Virus record (IMG/VR): IMGVR_UViG_3300006155_000030
DNA: 43,889 nt
Origin: a virus
Strand: one strand, 5' to 3'
The translations under genes were made by a program, and so were the position numbers. Below, in pieces: positions 14,163 to 23,093 of the stretch (the first letter of the stretch is position 1; each line of letters opens with the position of its first letter). Under the pieces are notes generated by a model. It was given only the letters and a program-made list of their open reading frames with translations. It made no database searches and had not been told where the DNA came from.

Positions 14163-15611
14163 CTATTCCTCCCCAAACAATCCCTCTTTCGGCTCATTCT
14201 CGCTCTTAGCTTCTGCCGCTACTGCCTTTGCTTCTTCCTCGCTCATTCCCTCAAACTTGACATAATACAGCCAAAGAGGGTATTTACCAAGCGTCACATA
14301 CTGCCAATGCCTTGCCCTGTCCTCTTCCCAGTTGTATGTTATATCGCCAAAATCATAATTGACTTCATACACTCCAACAGGTGCAAGGTTGTATATATCT
14401 GCATACTTATCCAGCGCATAGATAAGTCCGTCCGTAGCCGACTGGAAGCTGTCCCGTATCTGCTTTATGTACTGTATAGTCTCCCGGTCATCCGCTTCTA
14501 CCTGCGTGGCGGTAACGTGCCCTGTCCTGCCATTCAACACAAATTGCCCCGTGCTATACCCACACTTCACGCCGACAAGGTTCAAAAAGTGGTCTATTCC
14601 GCTTAATCTGTCCGCTGTCTGTAATGCAGGGTTTACTTCGTGGTATTCTTCCCCGGTAGTGCTGCCGGGCAATATACGAACGTGCCGGGGTAATGCTTTC
14701 CCGGTCTTATCCACCGCACCACCGGGAGCGAACCGGCTACGCACCGGCCGGCCGGGTTCGTCAATCAGCATATCCCCCAGGAACGTAATTTTCTGACTAT
14801 CGAATATTTCATCTTCTAAGCGTGTCCACGCAATATCCAGAGATTTCATCTCCTTTTGAGCGTTGGAGAAAATAGAAACGCCAAGAGGACTGCTCATATC
14901 AATATTATTAGACAGCGGCATTTTGAAAATGGAGAAAAGCGGCTGTTCTATATTCTGATAAGCAATATCTTCCTGCAGGTTCGCCCATACCGTCTCTTTT
15001 ATGCTGCACTCCTGCCCGATACCATTCGCCCCGGTTGCCTTGTATGTCTTGTTGGTGATCCGGAATATCCGCACATCTTCCGACACATCTTCAAACCGCT
15101 GCCACTCTAACCGGGTATAATACCACTTATCCCCCGGCTCATGGTAATGGTCGAAGAATATTCCGCCATCAATCTTCCCATCCGTGGCGTGTGTCGGGCA
15201 AAAATCCCACGGCATGACATAATCTATGCCCTCACCATTTGGCTTTAAGATGATATGCCCAAACGCACACGCTTTCTCACATTCCTCATTCTTCATCCGT
15301 GCAATATAACTTCTCATAAAGCCATTGATCCAGTCCGCTCTTGCTGAACCCTCTACCGTGATTCCAAGTGCAAGCGTGGTAAGCCTTGCGGTCTCGTTGC
15401 ACAGCTTCTTTGCAAAGTTAAAGGATTCAATGTCAATATTCCCTTTATCGTCTGGCAGTGTCCAGTCTGGCTTGCCCTGGTAGATATTCACCCAATCCGT
15501 CAGTGCCGCTTTCATCACGTCGCTTTCGATTGTCTCAACCCCGAATTTGTCCTGCGCTTCTTTCTGCCACAAACTGTCCCACCACCTTTTTATTGTTTGA
15601 ATTATTCCCAT
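14163..15611 (-). CDS. portal protein
   Basis: 482-aa ORF overlapping the TerL stop (shared nt 15611). Size and position are canonical for SPP1-gp6-type portals. Confidence 0.85.
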   Translation of the reverse strand: MGIIQTIKRWWDSLWQKEAQDKFGVETIESDVMKAALTDWVNIYQGKPDWTLPDDKGNIDIESFNFAKKLCNETARLTTLALGITVEGSARADWINGFMRSYIARMKNEECEKACAFGHIILKPNGEGIDYVMPWDFCPTHATDGKIDGGIFFDHYHEPGDKWYYTRLEWQRFEDVSEDVRIFRITNKTYKATGANGIGQECSIKETVWANLQEDIAYQNIEQPLFSIFKMPLSNNIDMSSPLGVSIFSNAQKEMKSLDIAWTRLEDEIFDSQKITFLGDMLIDEPGRPVRSRFAPGGAVDKTGKALPRHVRILPGSTTGEEYHEVNPALQTADRLSGIDHFLNLVGVKCGYSTGQFVLNGRTGHVTATQVEADDRETIQYIKQIRDSFQSATDGLIYALDKYADIYNLAPVGVYEVNYDFGDITYNWEEDRARHWQYVTLGKYPLWLYYVKFEGMSEEEAKAVAAEAKSENEPKEGLFGEE

Positions 15612-16885
15612 TACGCACTATTCCCCCTACTTAATGCCATAGGACTGATTGCATACCGTGTCGCATCAATCCAGTGGTTGTTTTTATCGGGGTATGCCTG
15701 TATGACTTCCCCGTTTGCATCGACTTCCAACTCATACTCTATAAACTCTTTATACAGTCTCGGCGTTCTGCGTGGGTCTATAACGTGCTTTCGGCACTGC
15801 AACCACTCCATTGTATATTTCACGGAGCCGCCCCACTGGCTCATGCGTCCTACCTCTGCCGCCCTTGCCGGAAGTCCTTTATCCCTAAAATCAACCGTAC
15901 TTTCGTTTTCGTCTGCTCCGCAGATAATTTGGTAATCGTCATATCCTTTTTCCTTAATCTGTGCCGCCATGTCTGCCACACGGATTTTACAGCCACCCAT
16001 TTCATCAAGATAATACAGCGTTTCTTTGTTCCTGTTGTACCCAAGTCTGACAAAAGCTTTCGGGTCGGGATACCAACCCCAATCCTGCCCTTGATAGATT
16101 CGCTCCATATTGGAGATTTCTTCGTCTGTGATTTCTCGTATCTCAATAAATTCAAATACGGTCGTTCCAAGTCCGACAGGAATACCTAAATACTCATGTT
16201 GATAGGCTTTTATATTGGTTTCTTTTAGGTGTTCCGCATCATCTATAAATTGCTGTCCTAGCCAATCGCGGGGGACTGTCGTATAGTCCGATTTATGTCG
16301 CAGTGCGTCCGCTCGCGGCTCATTTACATACTGATTTGCCCAGTTTGCATTTGTGATAGGCGGGTTGAAACTCTTAAACACCACAAACTTACTGCCACCA
16401 CGGAGTACCGACTGCTGTACGGTTCGGATTTCCTCAATCCCGGCAAACTCGTCCAATTCCTCAAACCAGAGATACTTAAAATATCCATGCGATACCTTTA
16501 TGGACTTCGTTTTCTTTGCTTTATCTAGTCCACGGAATAATATCTTTTGCCCTGTCGGCTTATAAACAAATGAAAGAGGGCTGACCTTTGCCTCCCACAA
16601 GTCAGTTGCCCCCAGTGCGTCTATACCCCACTGTATCTGCTCATATACGGATTCTCGGAGCGTGACCGCATATTTACGGAATATAACTGCATTTGCCAAC
16701 GGGTCTTGCATCATGCCAAGAGGTATCTCCACGCCGATAAATGATGATTTCGTACTACCCCTACCGCCGTAAAGGTCATAGTATATATGCTTGCCCTCTT
16801 GTATATCTCTATGAACATAATAAAATGCAGGGGCAATCAGTTCAGTTAATTTTACCGTCGTCTGTTCTTGGTATATCATCGACAA
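15611..16885 (-). CDS. terL: terminase large subunit (PBSX/Terminase_3 type)
   Basis: 424 aa with Walker A YGGRGSTKSSF near the N-terminus and a C-terminal nuclease region (..GADENEST.., ..NNHWIDATRY..). It follows TerS. Confidence 0.9.
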   Translation of the reverse strand: MSMIYQEQTTVKLTELIAPAFYYVHRDIQEGKHIYYDLYGGRGSTKSSFIGVEIPLGMMQDPLANAVIFRKYAVTLRESVYEQIQWGIDALGATDLWEAKVSPLSFVYKPTGQKILFRGLDKAKKTKSIKVSHGYFKYLWFEELDEFAGIEEIRTVQQSVLRGGSKFVVFKSFNPPITNANWANQYVNEPRADALRHKSDYTTVPRDWLGQQFIDDAEHLKETNIKAYQHEYLGIPVGLGTTVFEFIEIREITDEEISNMERIYQGQDWGWYPDPKAFVRLGYNRNKETLYYLDEMGGCKIRVADMAAQIKEKGYDDYQIICGADENESTVDFRDKGLPARAAEVGRMSQWGGSVKYTMEWLQCRKHVIDPRRTPRLYKEFIEYELEVDANGEVIQAYPDKNNHWIDATRYAISPMALSRGNSA

Positions 16886-17201
16886 TTGTTATAGCCTCCT
16901 GCGCCTTGATATCAATATTTTCTTTTTGGTCAAGGTATTGTTTTCCAAGCCATATCGCCATATTTGCATTTTTTTCAGCAAGCCTAAACTGGCTCCGGCG
17001 TAGACTTATTCGCCCCATTACAGCTTTTTCCTTATAAATGTCCGAAAAAGTCTTTTTGTAAGTCCTTTTACACCATGAATTAAGAGTGTCTTCGCAGCAC
17101 CCAAAGCAAGAACAGATTTCTTTTTCAGTACATTGTATACCACACAACTTTTCAAACATATTTTTATCTATTTCAATTTTAGGCCTCCCTGTTCTCGCCA
17201 T
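16842..17201 (-). CDS. terS: terminase small subunit
   Basis: 119 aa. MARTGRPKIEID..LCGIQCTEKEI..DTLNSW (HTH) followed by SLRRSQFRLAEKNANMAIWLGKQYLDQKE matches the small-terminase pattern common in Firmicute phages. Confidence 0.75.
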   Translation of the reverse strand: MARTGRPKIEIDKNMFEKLCGIQCTEKEICSCFGCCEDTLNSWCKRTYKKTFSDIYKEKAVMGRISLRRSQFRLAEKNANMAIWLGKQYLDQKENIDIKAQEAITIVDDIPRTDDGKIN

Positions 17202-17213
17202 TGTGCATCACCT

Positions 17214-17672
17214 CTAATTCAAAAATTCAAATATTTCAAACATCGCTCTTGCTTTATCTATTTCTTTGTTTCTCAGTAATTTCCTAAAAGCAATCATCAT
17301 TTCAATAGTTTCATAGTCTACAAATTGCGTTGCATTTGCTGACTTCCACCACCCTTCTACTCTTGGCAGATATTTGTTTATCCCCCACGTTGCTTTTACT
17401 TTGTTGTAATATCTCCACGTCTCGTAAAGTGCTATTAAATGGGCTTCAAACGCTTCCACTTCAGAACGGTTTTCACATTCAAAATACTGGATTTCCCAAT
17501 TTTTTCCGATGCACCATTCATCACGATAAGCATGATCCATTATTCGCTTTTCTAAATCTGATTTGTATACAATACCGATATATTTTATTATCCGATCTTC
17601 TGTGTCTATGTATCTGTATACGCATGGTTTTGTGTTGTTTATTTTACCACGTCTTGTATTTATCCTTGCCAT
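17214..17672 (-). CDS. GIY-YIG-like nuclease-fold protein
   Basis: Start at ATG 17672 (MARINTRRGK...), 2 nt after the radical-SAM stop. Contains CVYRYID..IKYIGIV (GIY-YIG-like), then R and E residues (..RSEVEAFEAHLI..). The track ORF's 65-aa N-terminal extension overlaps the upstream gene. Confidence 0.5.
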   Translation of the reverse strand: MARINTRRGKINNTKPCVYRYIDTEDRIIKYIGIVYKSDLEKRIMDHAYRDEWCIGKNWEIQYFECENRSEVEAFEAHLIALYETWRYYNKVKATWGINKYLPRVEGWWKSANATQFVDYETIEMMIAFRKLLRNKEIDKARAMFEIFEFLN

Positions 17673-17673
17673 A

Positions 17674-19002
17674 TCACCACATCTTTTCCACCTTTGCATA
17701 GGTTCTGATATTTCTTGTCGGGAGAGTATCGGGCGTAAACTCCCCAAACAGCGTATCAACGTCAAAATACTTCTCAAGCGTTGCCTGTTTGACTTTCGCG
17801 CTTGCAGACTGGAATTTGCTGCTGCAAGCCAGCTTAACAATATTATCCGCATCTTTTTCAGTTCCACGCCATATAATAGCCGATTGTATCACCGTGCTAA
17901 GGCTCTCCGTTGCCATGCTCTCAACTGCCCAAATAGAATTGCCCTGATAGAAGATATTTCCCTTATATCTCCCATGCCCTAATTTCTTTGCGATCATTCC
18001 ACGGTAATTCATGTATGACATAGGTTTGCAGGCTAAAGGAGTTGCCGGCATTGCCCTAAACGGTGTGCTATGCAACAATATGCTGGTCTGTTTTTGCGTC
18101 TTTGACAATCCGCTGTCAACAATCCGTATATCCTCGACAAATTCCTCCCAATCCTCAAAGGTTTCAGTCGGATAGCCGATAATGTTGTAAAATTTGACCT
18201 GATGCGGTTTCTCGCACTTTGCCAAACGCTCCAAAAACTCACGCAGCATATCCCTTGTGATTTTCTTGTTGACCATGAAACGGATGCGCTCTGACAAGCC
18301 GTCAATAGCGGTAGTCCGCAACTTAACAAGGTCAACATCAATCCCGTTGTGCATATCAATCATGGCTCGCTCACGGTCAACACCGCCGTTCCACAATCCA
18401 GAATAGTTAAATTCCTCCTGCGCCGCCTGTTTCCTGTGCCATGTATAACCGCAGAATAGGCATTTGTGATTGCAGCCAATAACATCTTCGTGATATGTTT
18501 GCCCGTTATCAAGCTGTATGTCATATGGATATATGCTATCAACCTGATTGATATAATACAGCTTATCCATGCTGAAGCTTTTGGAAGATACTATATGCTC
18601 GTCAACGCACTCCTCGTTGTCCAGTATGGCTTGCGCCATCTTATCTTGTATGCCCTCCGCTCTGCCAAGCACAAAGTAATCAACGTATTGCAAGAATGGG
18701 CAGGGATTTAACACCCCTTGCCCTCCCACGCATACTTTGTAATCGCCTTTCTGCCATGTGACACGTTCCGCAATAAATTCCCACCAATCGCAATCAGATG
18801 TAACGCTGTACATTACCATGTCAAATTTATGCACCGTTGCCGCACTGCAATAGTCAATGTTGGAAAATCCGGCACGCTTCAGTATGTCGCATACAACCGC
18901 CATGCCAGCGTTAAGGCGCACATTATAACATTCTTTGCTATATGTCTGCTTTGCGTACTTATTCAGCACATATATACCGATTTTAAGATTATCCTTATCC
19001 AT
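17674..19002 (-). CDS. radical SAM enzyme with N-terminal B12-binding-like domain (class B-like)
   Basis: 442 aa with CNHKCLFC (C177/C181/C184 = CxxxCxxC) after a ~170-aa Rossmann-like N-terminal region. This architecture resembles B12-binding-domain radical SAM proteins. Confidence 0.7.
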   Translation of the reverse strand: MDKDNLKIGIYVLNKYAKQTYSKECYNVRLNAGMAVVCDILKRAGFSNIDYCSAATVHKFDMVMYSVTSDCDWWEFIAERVTWQKGDYKVCVGGQGVLNPCPFLQYVDYFVLGRAEGIQDKMAQAILDNEECVDEHIVSSKSFSMDKLYYINQVDSIYPYDIQLDNGQTYHEDVIGCNHKCLFCGYTWHRKQAAQEEFNYSGLWNGGVDRERAMIDMHNGIDVDLVKLRTTAIDGLSERIRFMVNKKITRDMLREFLERLAKCEKPHQVKFYNIIGYPTETFEDWEEFVEDIRIVDSGLSKTQKQTSILLHSTPFRAMPATPLACKPMSYMNYRGMIAKKLGHGRYKGNIFYQGNSIWAVESMATESLSTVIQSAIIWRGTEKDADNIVKLACSSKFQSASAKVKQATLEKYFDVDTLFGEFTPDTLPTRNIRTYAKVEKMW

Positions 19003-19010
19003 GTTTCACC

Positions 19011-19484
19011 TCAAATCTGAAACTCAAAACCGCACTTAGGGCAGTGGCATGTCTTCATTTCTTTTTCCGGCTCCGGCTTGCTATCGTCCAAATCAAGCGC
19101 TAAATCGTCCTCCGGCATATCCATTTCTGCAAATCCAAAATCCGACATATCGAGGTCAAATATCCCGTCCAGCTCGTCAGCAAGCAAATCCATATCCCAT
19201 TGAGAGGATTCGCCCACCTTGTTATCCACCAGGCGGAACGCTCTAATCTGTTCTTCTGTCAAATCATCAGCCACGATGCAGGGCACGGTTTCCATTTTCA
19301 GTTTGACTGCTGCTTTATATCTCGTATGCCCTGCAACAATCACGCCGTTGCTATCAATCACAATCGGAACTTTAAAGCCAAATTGCGATATGCTATTAGC
19401 CACATAATCCACGGATTTATCGTTTTTACGCGGATTGTTTTCATATGGTGTTAAATCATTTATTTTTTTCTCTATTATCTGCAT
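19011..19484 (-). CDS. ParB N-terminal (ParB/Srx nuclease-like) domain protein with C-terminal zinc ribbon
   Basis: 157 aa. Contains YENNPRKN and GHTRYKAA motifs of ParBc, an acidic linker DLDMSDFGF, then CHCPKCG. SD AAAGGTGATAATATG. Confidence 0.8.
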   Translation of the reverse strand: MQIIEKKINDLTPYENNPRKNDKSVDYVANSISQFGFKVPIVIDSNGVIVAGHTRYKAAVKLKMETVPCIVADDLTEEQIRAFRLVDNKVGESSQWDMDLLADELDGIFDLDMSDFGFAEMDMPEDDLALDLDDSKPEPEKEMKTCHCPKCGFEFQI

Positions 19485-19623
19485 ATTATCACCTTTGCTT
19501 TCTGCTTTGGAGTTAGCTTATCCATTCAACCACCGCCAATAATGAAAATTTATTCCTTTTCTTTAACTATCTCAAAATATTCTTCCAACTAATCAAACAC
19601 AAAACCCAGATTATAAGAACTAT

Positions 19624-20496
19624 TTAGATGCTAGATTTATGATTTTGGCATTCCATACCACATTTATTTTCTGTCGCCTTTATCATAATTTCGTCTATTG
19701 GCATTGAGAGGTAATCGTATTGATTGGAGCAGTTCGCATATGCTGCATCAGAACATCCGAAAGTCATGCCATCACATCGAATAAATAAAGTGCCGTACCA
19801 TGAGTTACACGCGAAATGAGGAGAATACCAAACATGATTATTGATATTTGGGTCATAACTTTTTTCAAACGCAAAATTTTTATAAAACATTGGTATTCTA
19901 AGAGCTGTTTTTCCCTTTGTTAATTTCGGTATTAAACGTTTGCAAAAATCTCTGTATTCATTATCTTCCATAATTAAATCATATCGCATTTTTGCTGCAC
20001 CCTGCGGGTAAATCGGATTAACAATTACAGAAATTCCATCATTTGATAAATCTATTATTTCACGCATTGCATCTTCGATGTTATTTTTGGAAACATTTTC
20101 GACTATTTCAATTTCGCAATTTCCAATAAATCCGCTCAAATCTGGTAAATTAGTTCCTGGATCGTGCGAAATTCTAAATCTATTGAAATTGTGAGATAGT
20201 ATATCTGATTTATATTTTTGCAGATTTATACCATTACTGAGAAAAGCTAACCCGTTCGGCATCTTATTCCAGGTGGAACTCAAATAATCCAACAGCAAAA
20301 ACATTTCTTCGTCATACAATGGTTCTTTTCCGAAAAAATATAACAAAAGGTTATGAGGTTCTGGAAAATCTTTTTTTATTTTATCTATAATTTTACATTT
20401 CTGTTCAAATGACAATTCCCTATACCTACAATCACCTACAAAACAATATTCACAATTTTTATTGCATTTATCGTTAAATCCCCATGATATTATCAT
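19624..20496 (-). CDS. radical SAM enzyme with C-terminal Cys-rich (SPASM/twitch-like) region
   Basis: 290 aa with CNKNCEYC at residues 11-18 and C-terminal ..ACNSWYGTLFIRCDGMTFGCSDAAYANC..CGMECQNH. Markedly A/T-rich DNA. First gene after the late promoter at 20549-20582. Confidence 0.75.
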   Translation of the reverse strand: MIISWGFNDKCNKNCEYCFVGDCRYRELSFEQKCKIIDKIKKDFPEPHNLLLYFFGKEPLYDEEMFLLLDYLSSTWNKMPNGLAFLSNGINLQKYKSDILSHNFNRFRISHDPGTNLPDLSGFIGNCEIEIVENVSKNNIEDAMREIIDLSNDGISVIVNPIYPQGAAKMRYDLIMEDNEYRDFCKRLIPKLTKGKTALRIPMFYKNFAFEKSYDPNINNHVWYSPHFACNSWYGTLFIRCDGMTFGCSDAAYANCSNQYDYLSMPIDEIMIKATENKCGMECQNHKSSI

Positions 20497-20548
20497 TCCT
20501 TCACCTCATTCCCTTTCCCTCCACAATCCCTCTAAATCCCCTAATTCT

Positions 20549-20582
20549 ATTGTACAGCAGATTTGAGGGGGATTTGTACCAA
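20549..20582 (-). promoter_or_regulatory. phage late-type promoter (TGGTACAA box + -10)
   Basis: Minus strand TTGGTACAAATCCCCCTCAAATCTGCTGTACAAT with the same geometry. It is the first box in transcription order, at the boundary between the regulatory genes and the radical-SAM/terminase block. Confidence 0.65.
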
Positions 20583-20583
20583 G

Positions 20584-20766
20584 TTATCTCTGCACCAAAT
20601 TCAAATCCTCGTCAACCTCATTGATTTTGATACAGAAAAGCCTTTCGTCAATCTTGTAATAAAATTCATTGGACGTTTCTGCGTCAATATAGCCGATATT
20701 CTTATGTTGCATCTGCTCCAATGGCTTTCTAATCTCGCCCATCAGTAATGTTTCTAAATGGCTCAT
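20584..20766 (-). CDS. hypothetical protein (60 aa)
   Basis: ORF overlapping the stop of 20763..21215 by 4 nt. Its 3' end abuts the late promoter box. Confidence 0.4.
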   Translation of the reverse strand: MSHLETLLMGEIRKPLEQMQHKNIGYIDAETSNEFYYKIDERLFCIKINEVDEDLNLVQR

Positions 20767-21215
20767 TTCCCTATCCTCCTTAACTCCTTATCAAACAAAC
20801 TGTAAAAATATCTCCTAATCCCATAAAAATCCGTCCGGCAGTACGGTATCCGCTCCATTTCTTTCAACTCCCATTTTACCCTGAGCGCGTCATAGGACTT
20901 GTTTTGAGTGACAGACAGTAAAATGTACTCTGCAATCGTTTCATTGGCTGTATGAGCCGCCTGTGAAGCGAGAGAGGCATATCTGCCAGACCGTATGTAC
21001 TCTGTCAACTGCCTATACCGCTCTTTGGTGATTCCGTAATGCTGCCATGAGTTCCGGGGGACTGACTGATACTGCGGATTGGCTTGCTGCTCGAAAATGC
21101 TAAGCTGCCTAAATCCGCTATATCTCTCGCATGATTCTTTCTTCCCCGTGCAGCCCTCACATTTGCATACATTCAAGCATGTCCGGCATAGGCAGGTGTG
21201 GCATTTTCTGCGCAT
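20763..21215 (-). CDS. Cys-rich protein, candidate late-gene regulator
   Basis: 150 aa. N-terminus MRRKCHTCLCRTCLNVCKCEGCTGKKESC, then a helical region (ITKERYRQLTEYIRSGRY..). It occupies the position usually held by late activators just before the packaging genes. Function is inferred from position only. Confidence 0.45.
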   Translation of the reverse strand: MRRKCHTCLCRTCLNVCKCEGCTGKKESCERYSGFRQLSIFEQQANPQYQSVPRNSWQHYGITKERYRQLTEYIRSGRYASLASQAAHTANETIAEYILLSVTQNKSYDALRVKWELKEMERIPYCRTDFYGIRRYFYSLFDKELRRIGK

Positions 21216-21219
21216 GGTA

Positions 21220-21405
21220 TCACCGCCTAACTCTTCTTCTCAATTCCGCTTCCAGCACCTTTAACTTGGTCTTTACTCCGCTCTTTCCATCAAGATTAGA
21301 AATTGTCGCTTGAATTTCTTCGTTTGTTGCCCTTTTTAATGCACTTTTAAAATTACAATCACCAGATGGCGTTGTCATAAGCCAGCTAATATTATTGCTC
21401 ATCAT
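21220..21405 (-). CDS. hypothetical protein (61 aa)
   Basis: Start at ATG 21405 (MMSNNISWLM...) with SD AAAGGAGATAGGGGAAATG. Confidence 0.4.
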   Translation of the reverse strand: MMSNNISWLMTTPSGDCNFKSALKRATNEEIQATISNLDGKSGVKTKLKVLEAELRRRVRR

Positions 21406-21736
21406 TTCCCCTATCTCCTTTCCTTTTCCTGCACCACTGCGGGCAGTTTGATACTTTCTGTTCAATCAGGCGCATTTTGTCAACACACAATCTTCTATAT
21501 CCGTCCTGCTTCTCCTTTTCCACTAATATACAGTTTTCGCATTCATCACAGTGCGGTAGGTTTGCTTTTACTCTCACTCTGTAATCTCTCTGTTTCTGCT
21601 GATACATTTCTGGATTTATTGCCCATCGCCTACGCTTAAGCATGGCGGCAATATCTTTGTTTTCCTTGTTGCAATCTTCTCTTGTACAAGATACACAATT
21701 CGGATATTGGCAATCATCAGAAATCAATTTGATCAC
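21392..21736 (-). CDS. Cys-rich (multi CxxC) protein
   Basis: 114 aa with DDCQYPNCVSCTREDC and HCDECENC motifs. Confidence 0.5.
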   Translation of the reverse strand: MIKLISDDCQYPNCVSCTREDCNKENKDIAAMLKRRRWAINPEMYQQKQRDYRVRVKANLPHCDECENCILVEKEKQDGYRRLCVDKMRLIEQKVSNCPQWCRKRKGDRGNDEQ

Positions 21737-22632
21737 CTCCCAGAATTGTTTGAAAGTAACTGTTTTTCCAATTCCGTAAAGTCATACTCTCTTTGCGGAA
21801 AATCGCTAAAGCTGTTCTTTGGCCTTTTGGACACAGGATTTGTGTTAGTATAATTCTCATCCAGATAATCTACATAACCGCCATTAAAGAATGTGCCGCC
21901 GTTTTGGTACTGCAAATAATCAACGCTATCAACATATTTCTTATAGCGCTCTATTGCCCTTGACATTTCATCGTAGCCAATCTTGAGCAGCTGCATCTTC
22001 TTTGCATCAGATACCTGTCCTTTTCCTTTCTTAACTGGGTATAATTTCCATAGTTTTTCAAAAAGTGCCAAAGCGTCAGCTTTGCACATATTATTTTTAT
22101 TATTTCCTTTACTTTCCTTTACTTTACTTTCCTTTATGTCATTTCCGCAGGATTTACTCTCATTTCCGCAGGATTTACTCTCATTTCCGCAGGATTTACT
22201 TGAATTTACGGTAACTTTAATATGGGAAGCAGTTTCTTTTGTGTTTAAAAGCCAGATTTCAGAATCAACATTCACATCCCGTTTCCGGCTTTTCACAGCT
22301 TCCTGGTACCGTTTCTGTATTCCCGGTGAAGTAATGGTAGCGCCCTCTGTATTCAGTGTTCTCTTTATGAGTAGTGACCTGGTACACAAGTATGCCAAAA
22401 CTTGCTCTATAAACCCTTCCTTGAGACGAAGGTCTGTTGCGGCATCTTCTGCCGATTCCTCATCCCAACTTATGTAATATCCGTTACGGTAGATTTCTGT
22501 CAGCAGATAGATGTAAAATATTATTCCGTCATTTCCAAATTTAGCATGAAACCTCTTAATCCGCTTATCTGCGTAAAAAAAATCCGTGTCAAAAGGAAAG
22601 TAGAGTAATCCGTTTTGTTTCGGACGTGCCAT
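21733..22632 (-). CDS. replisome organiser / replication initiation protein (Lin1244/DUF4373-type N-terminus)
   Basis: 299 aa. The N-terminus MARPKQNGLLYFPFDTDFFYADKRIKRF..GIIFYIYLL is typical of phage replication organisers. A central SKSCGNE x3 repeat is encoded by 21-bp iterons. The C-terminal domain is DnaD-like. Confidence 0.7.
   Translation of the reverse strand: MARPKQNGLLYFPFDTDFFYADKRIKRFHAKFGNDGIIFYIYLLTEIYRNGYYISWDEESAEDAATDLRLKEGFIEQVLAYLCTRSLLIKRTLNTEGATITSPGIQKRYQEAVKSRKRDVNVDSEIWLLNTKETASHIKVTVNSSKSCGNESKSCGNESKSCGNDIKESKVKESKGNNKNNMCKADALALFEKLWKLYPVKKGKGQVSDAKKMQLLKIGYDEMSRAIERYKKYVDSVDYLQYQNGGTFFNGGYVDYLDENYTNTNPVSKRPKNSFSDFPQREYDFTELEKQLLSNNSGR
22141..22203. repeat. three tandem 21-bp iterons (putative origin) inside the organiser gene
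   Basis: ATTTCCGCAGGATTTACTCTC occurs at 22141-22161 and 22162-22182, then ATTTCCGCAGGATTTACTTGA at 22183-22203. Preceded by short CCTTTACTTT-type repeats at about 22105-22135. Confidence 0.8.
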
Positions 22633-23073
22633 CTACTTTATCTCCTTAATCAAAACCTCAATCCGTGGATTTTCCCTGTCCACTTCAAACCTGTCGGAAA
22701 ATCCGACAACATGCTTCCAGCCATCATCTTTTAATACCCCGGTACTCACAAGTGCATCCTGGATCACTTTCCTACCAAATGACGAAATATTATCCTTATC
22801 GCGCCGCTTACTCGGTTCCACCCAAAGATATTCCATGAATACCGGTTTCTCAATCCTCACGCCCCTAAAACACTGCCTGATTGCCGCCGCAACGATTTTT
22901 CCGCTGTCCGCTTTCATTTTAGCCCCTTTGTGGCGGTTCGTGCGTTCTGCAGCTATGTAGTCATTCAGGTTTGGCAGTGTGCCGGGTATTGTCAGCTTGT
23001 ACTCCACATAAGTCCTCCTTTCCGGCGGCAGAGACCAACCCGCCGCCGATTCCGTGATATATCGCATGAACAA
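22633..23073 (-). CDS. rusA: RusA-family Holliday junction resolvase
   Basis: 146 aa. The pattern (..PNLNDYIAAERTNRHKGAKMK.., ..RRDKDNISSFGRKVIQDAL..) matches the RusA family as recalled. Located in the recombination module. Confidence 0.7.
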   Translation of the reverse strand: MFMRYITESAAGWSLPPERRTYVEYKLTIPGTLPNLNDYIAAERTNRHKGAKMKADSGKIVAAAIRQCFRGVRIEKPVFMEYLWVEPSKRRDKDNISSFGRKVIQDALVSTGVLKDDGWKHVVGFSDRFEVDRENPRIEVLIKEIK

Positions 23074-23093
23074 ATACTACGGTTGATAGTTAC

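Noticed and set aside
17673-17867. 65-aa N-terminal extension of the GIY-YIG-like ORF, and similar long extensions at 28102, 13468, 6825, 6276, 9893 and 26633
   Set aside because: The extensions overlap the preceding gene or include the SD of a better-placed internal ATG. Several begin at GTG or TTG codons without an SD.
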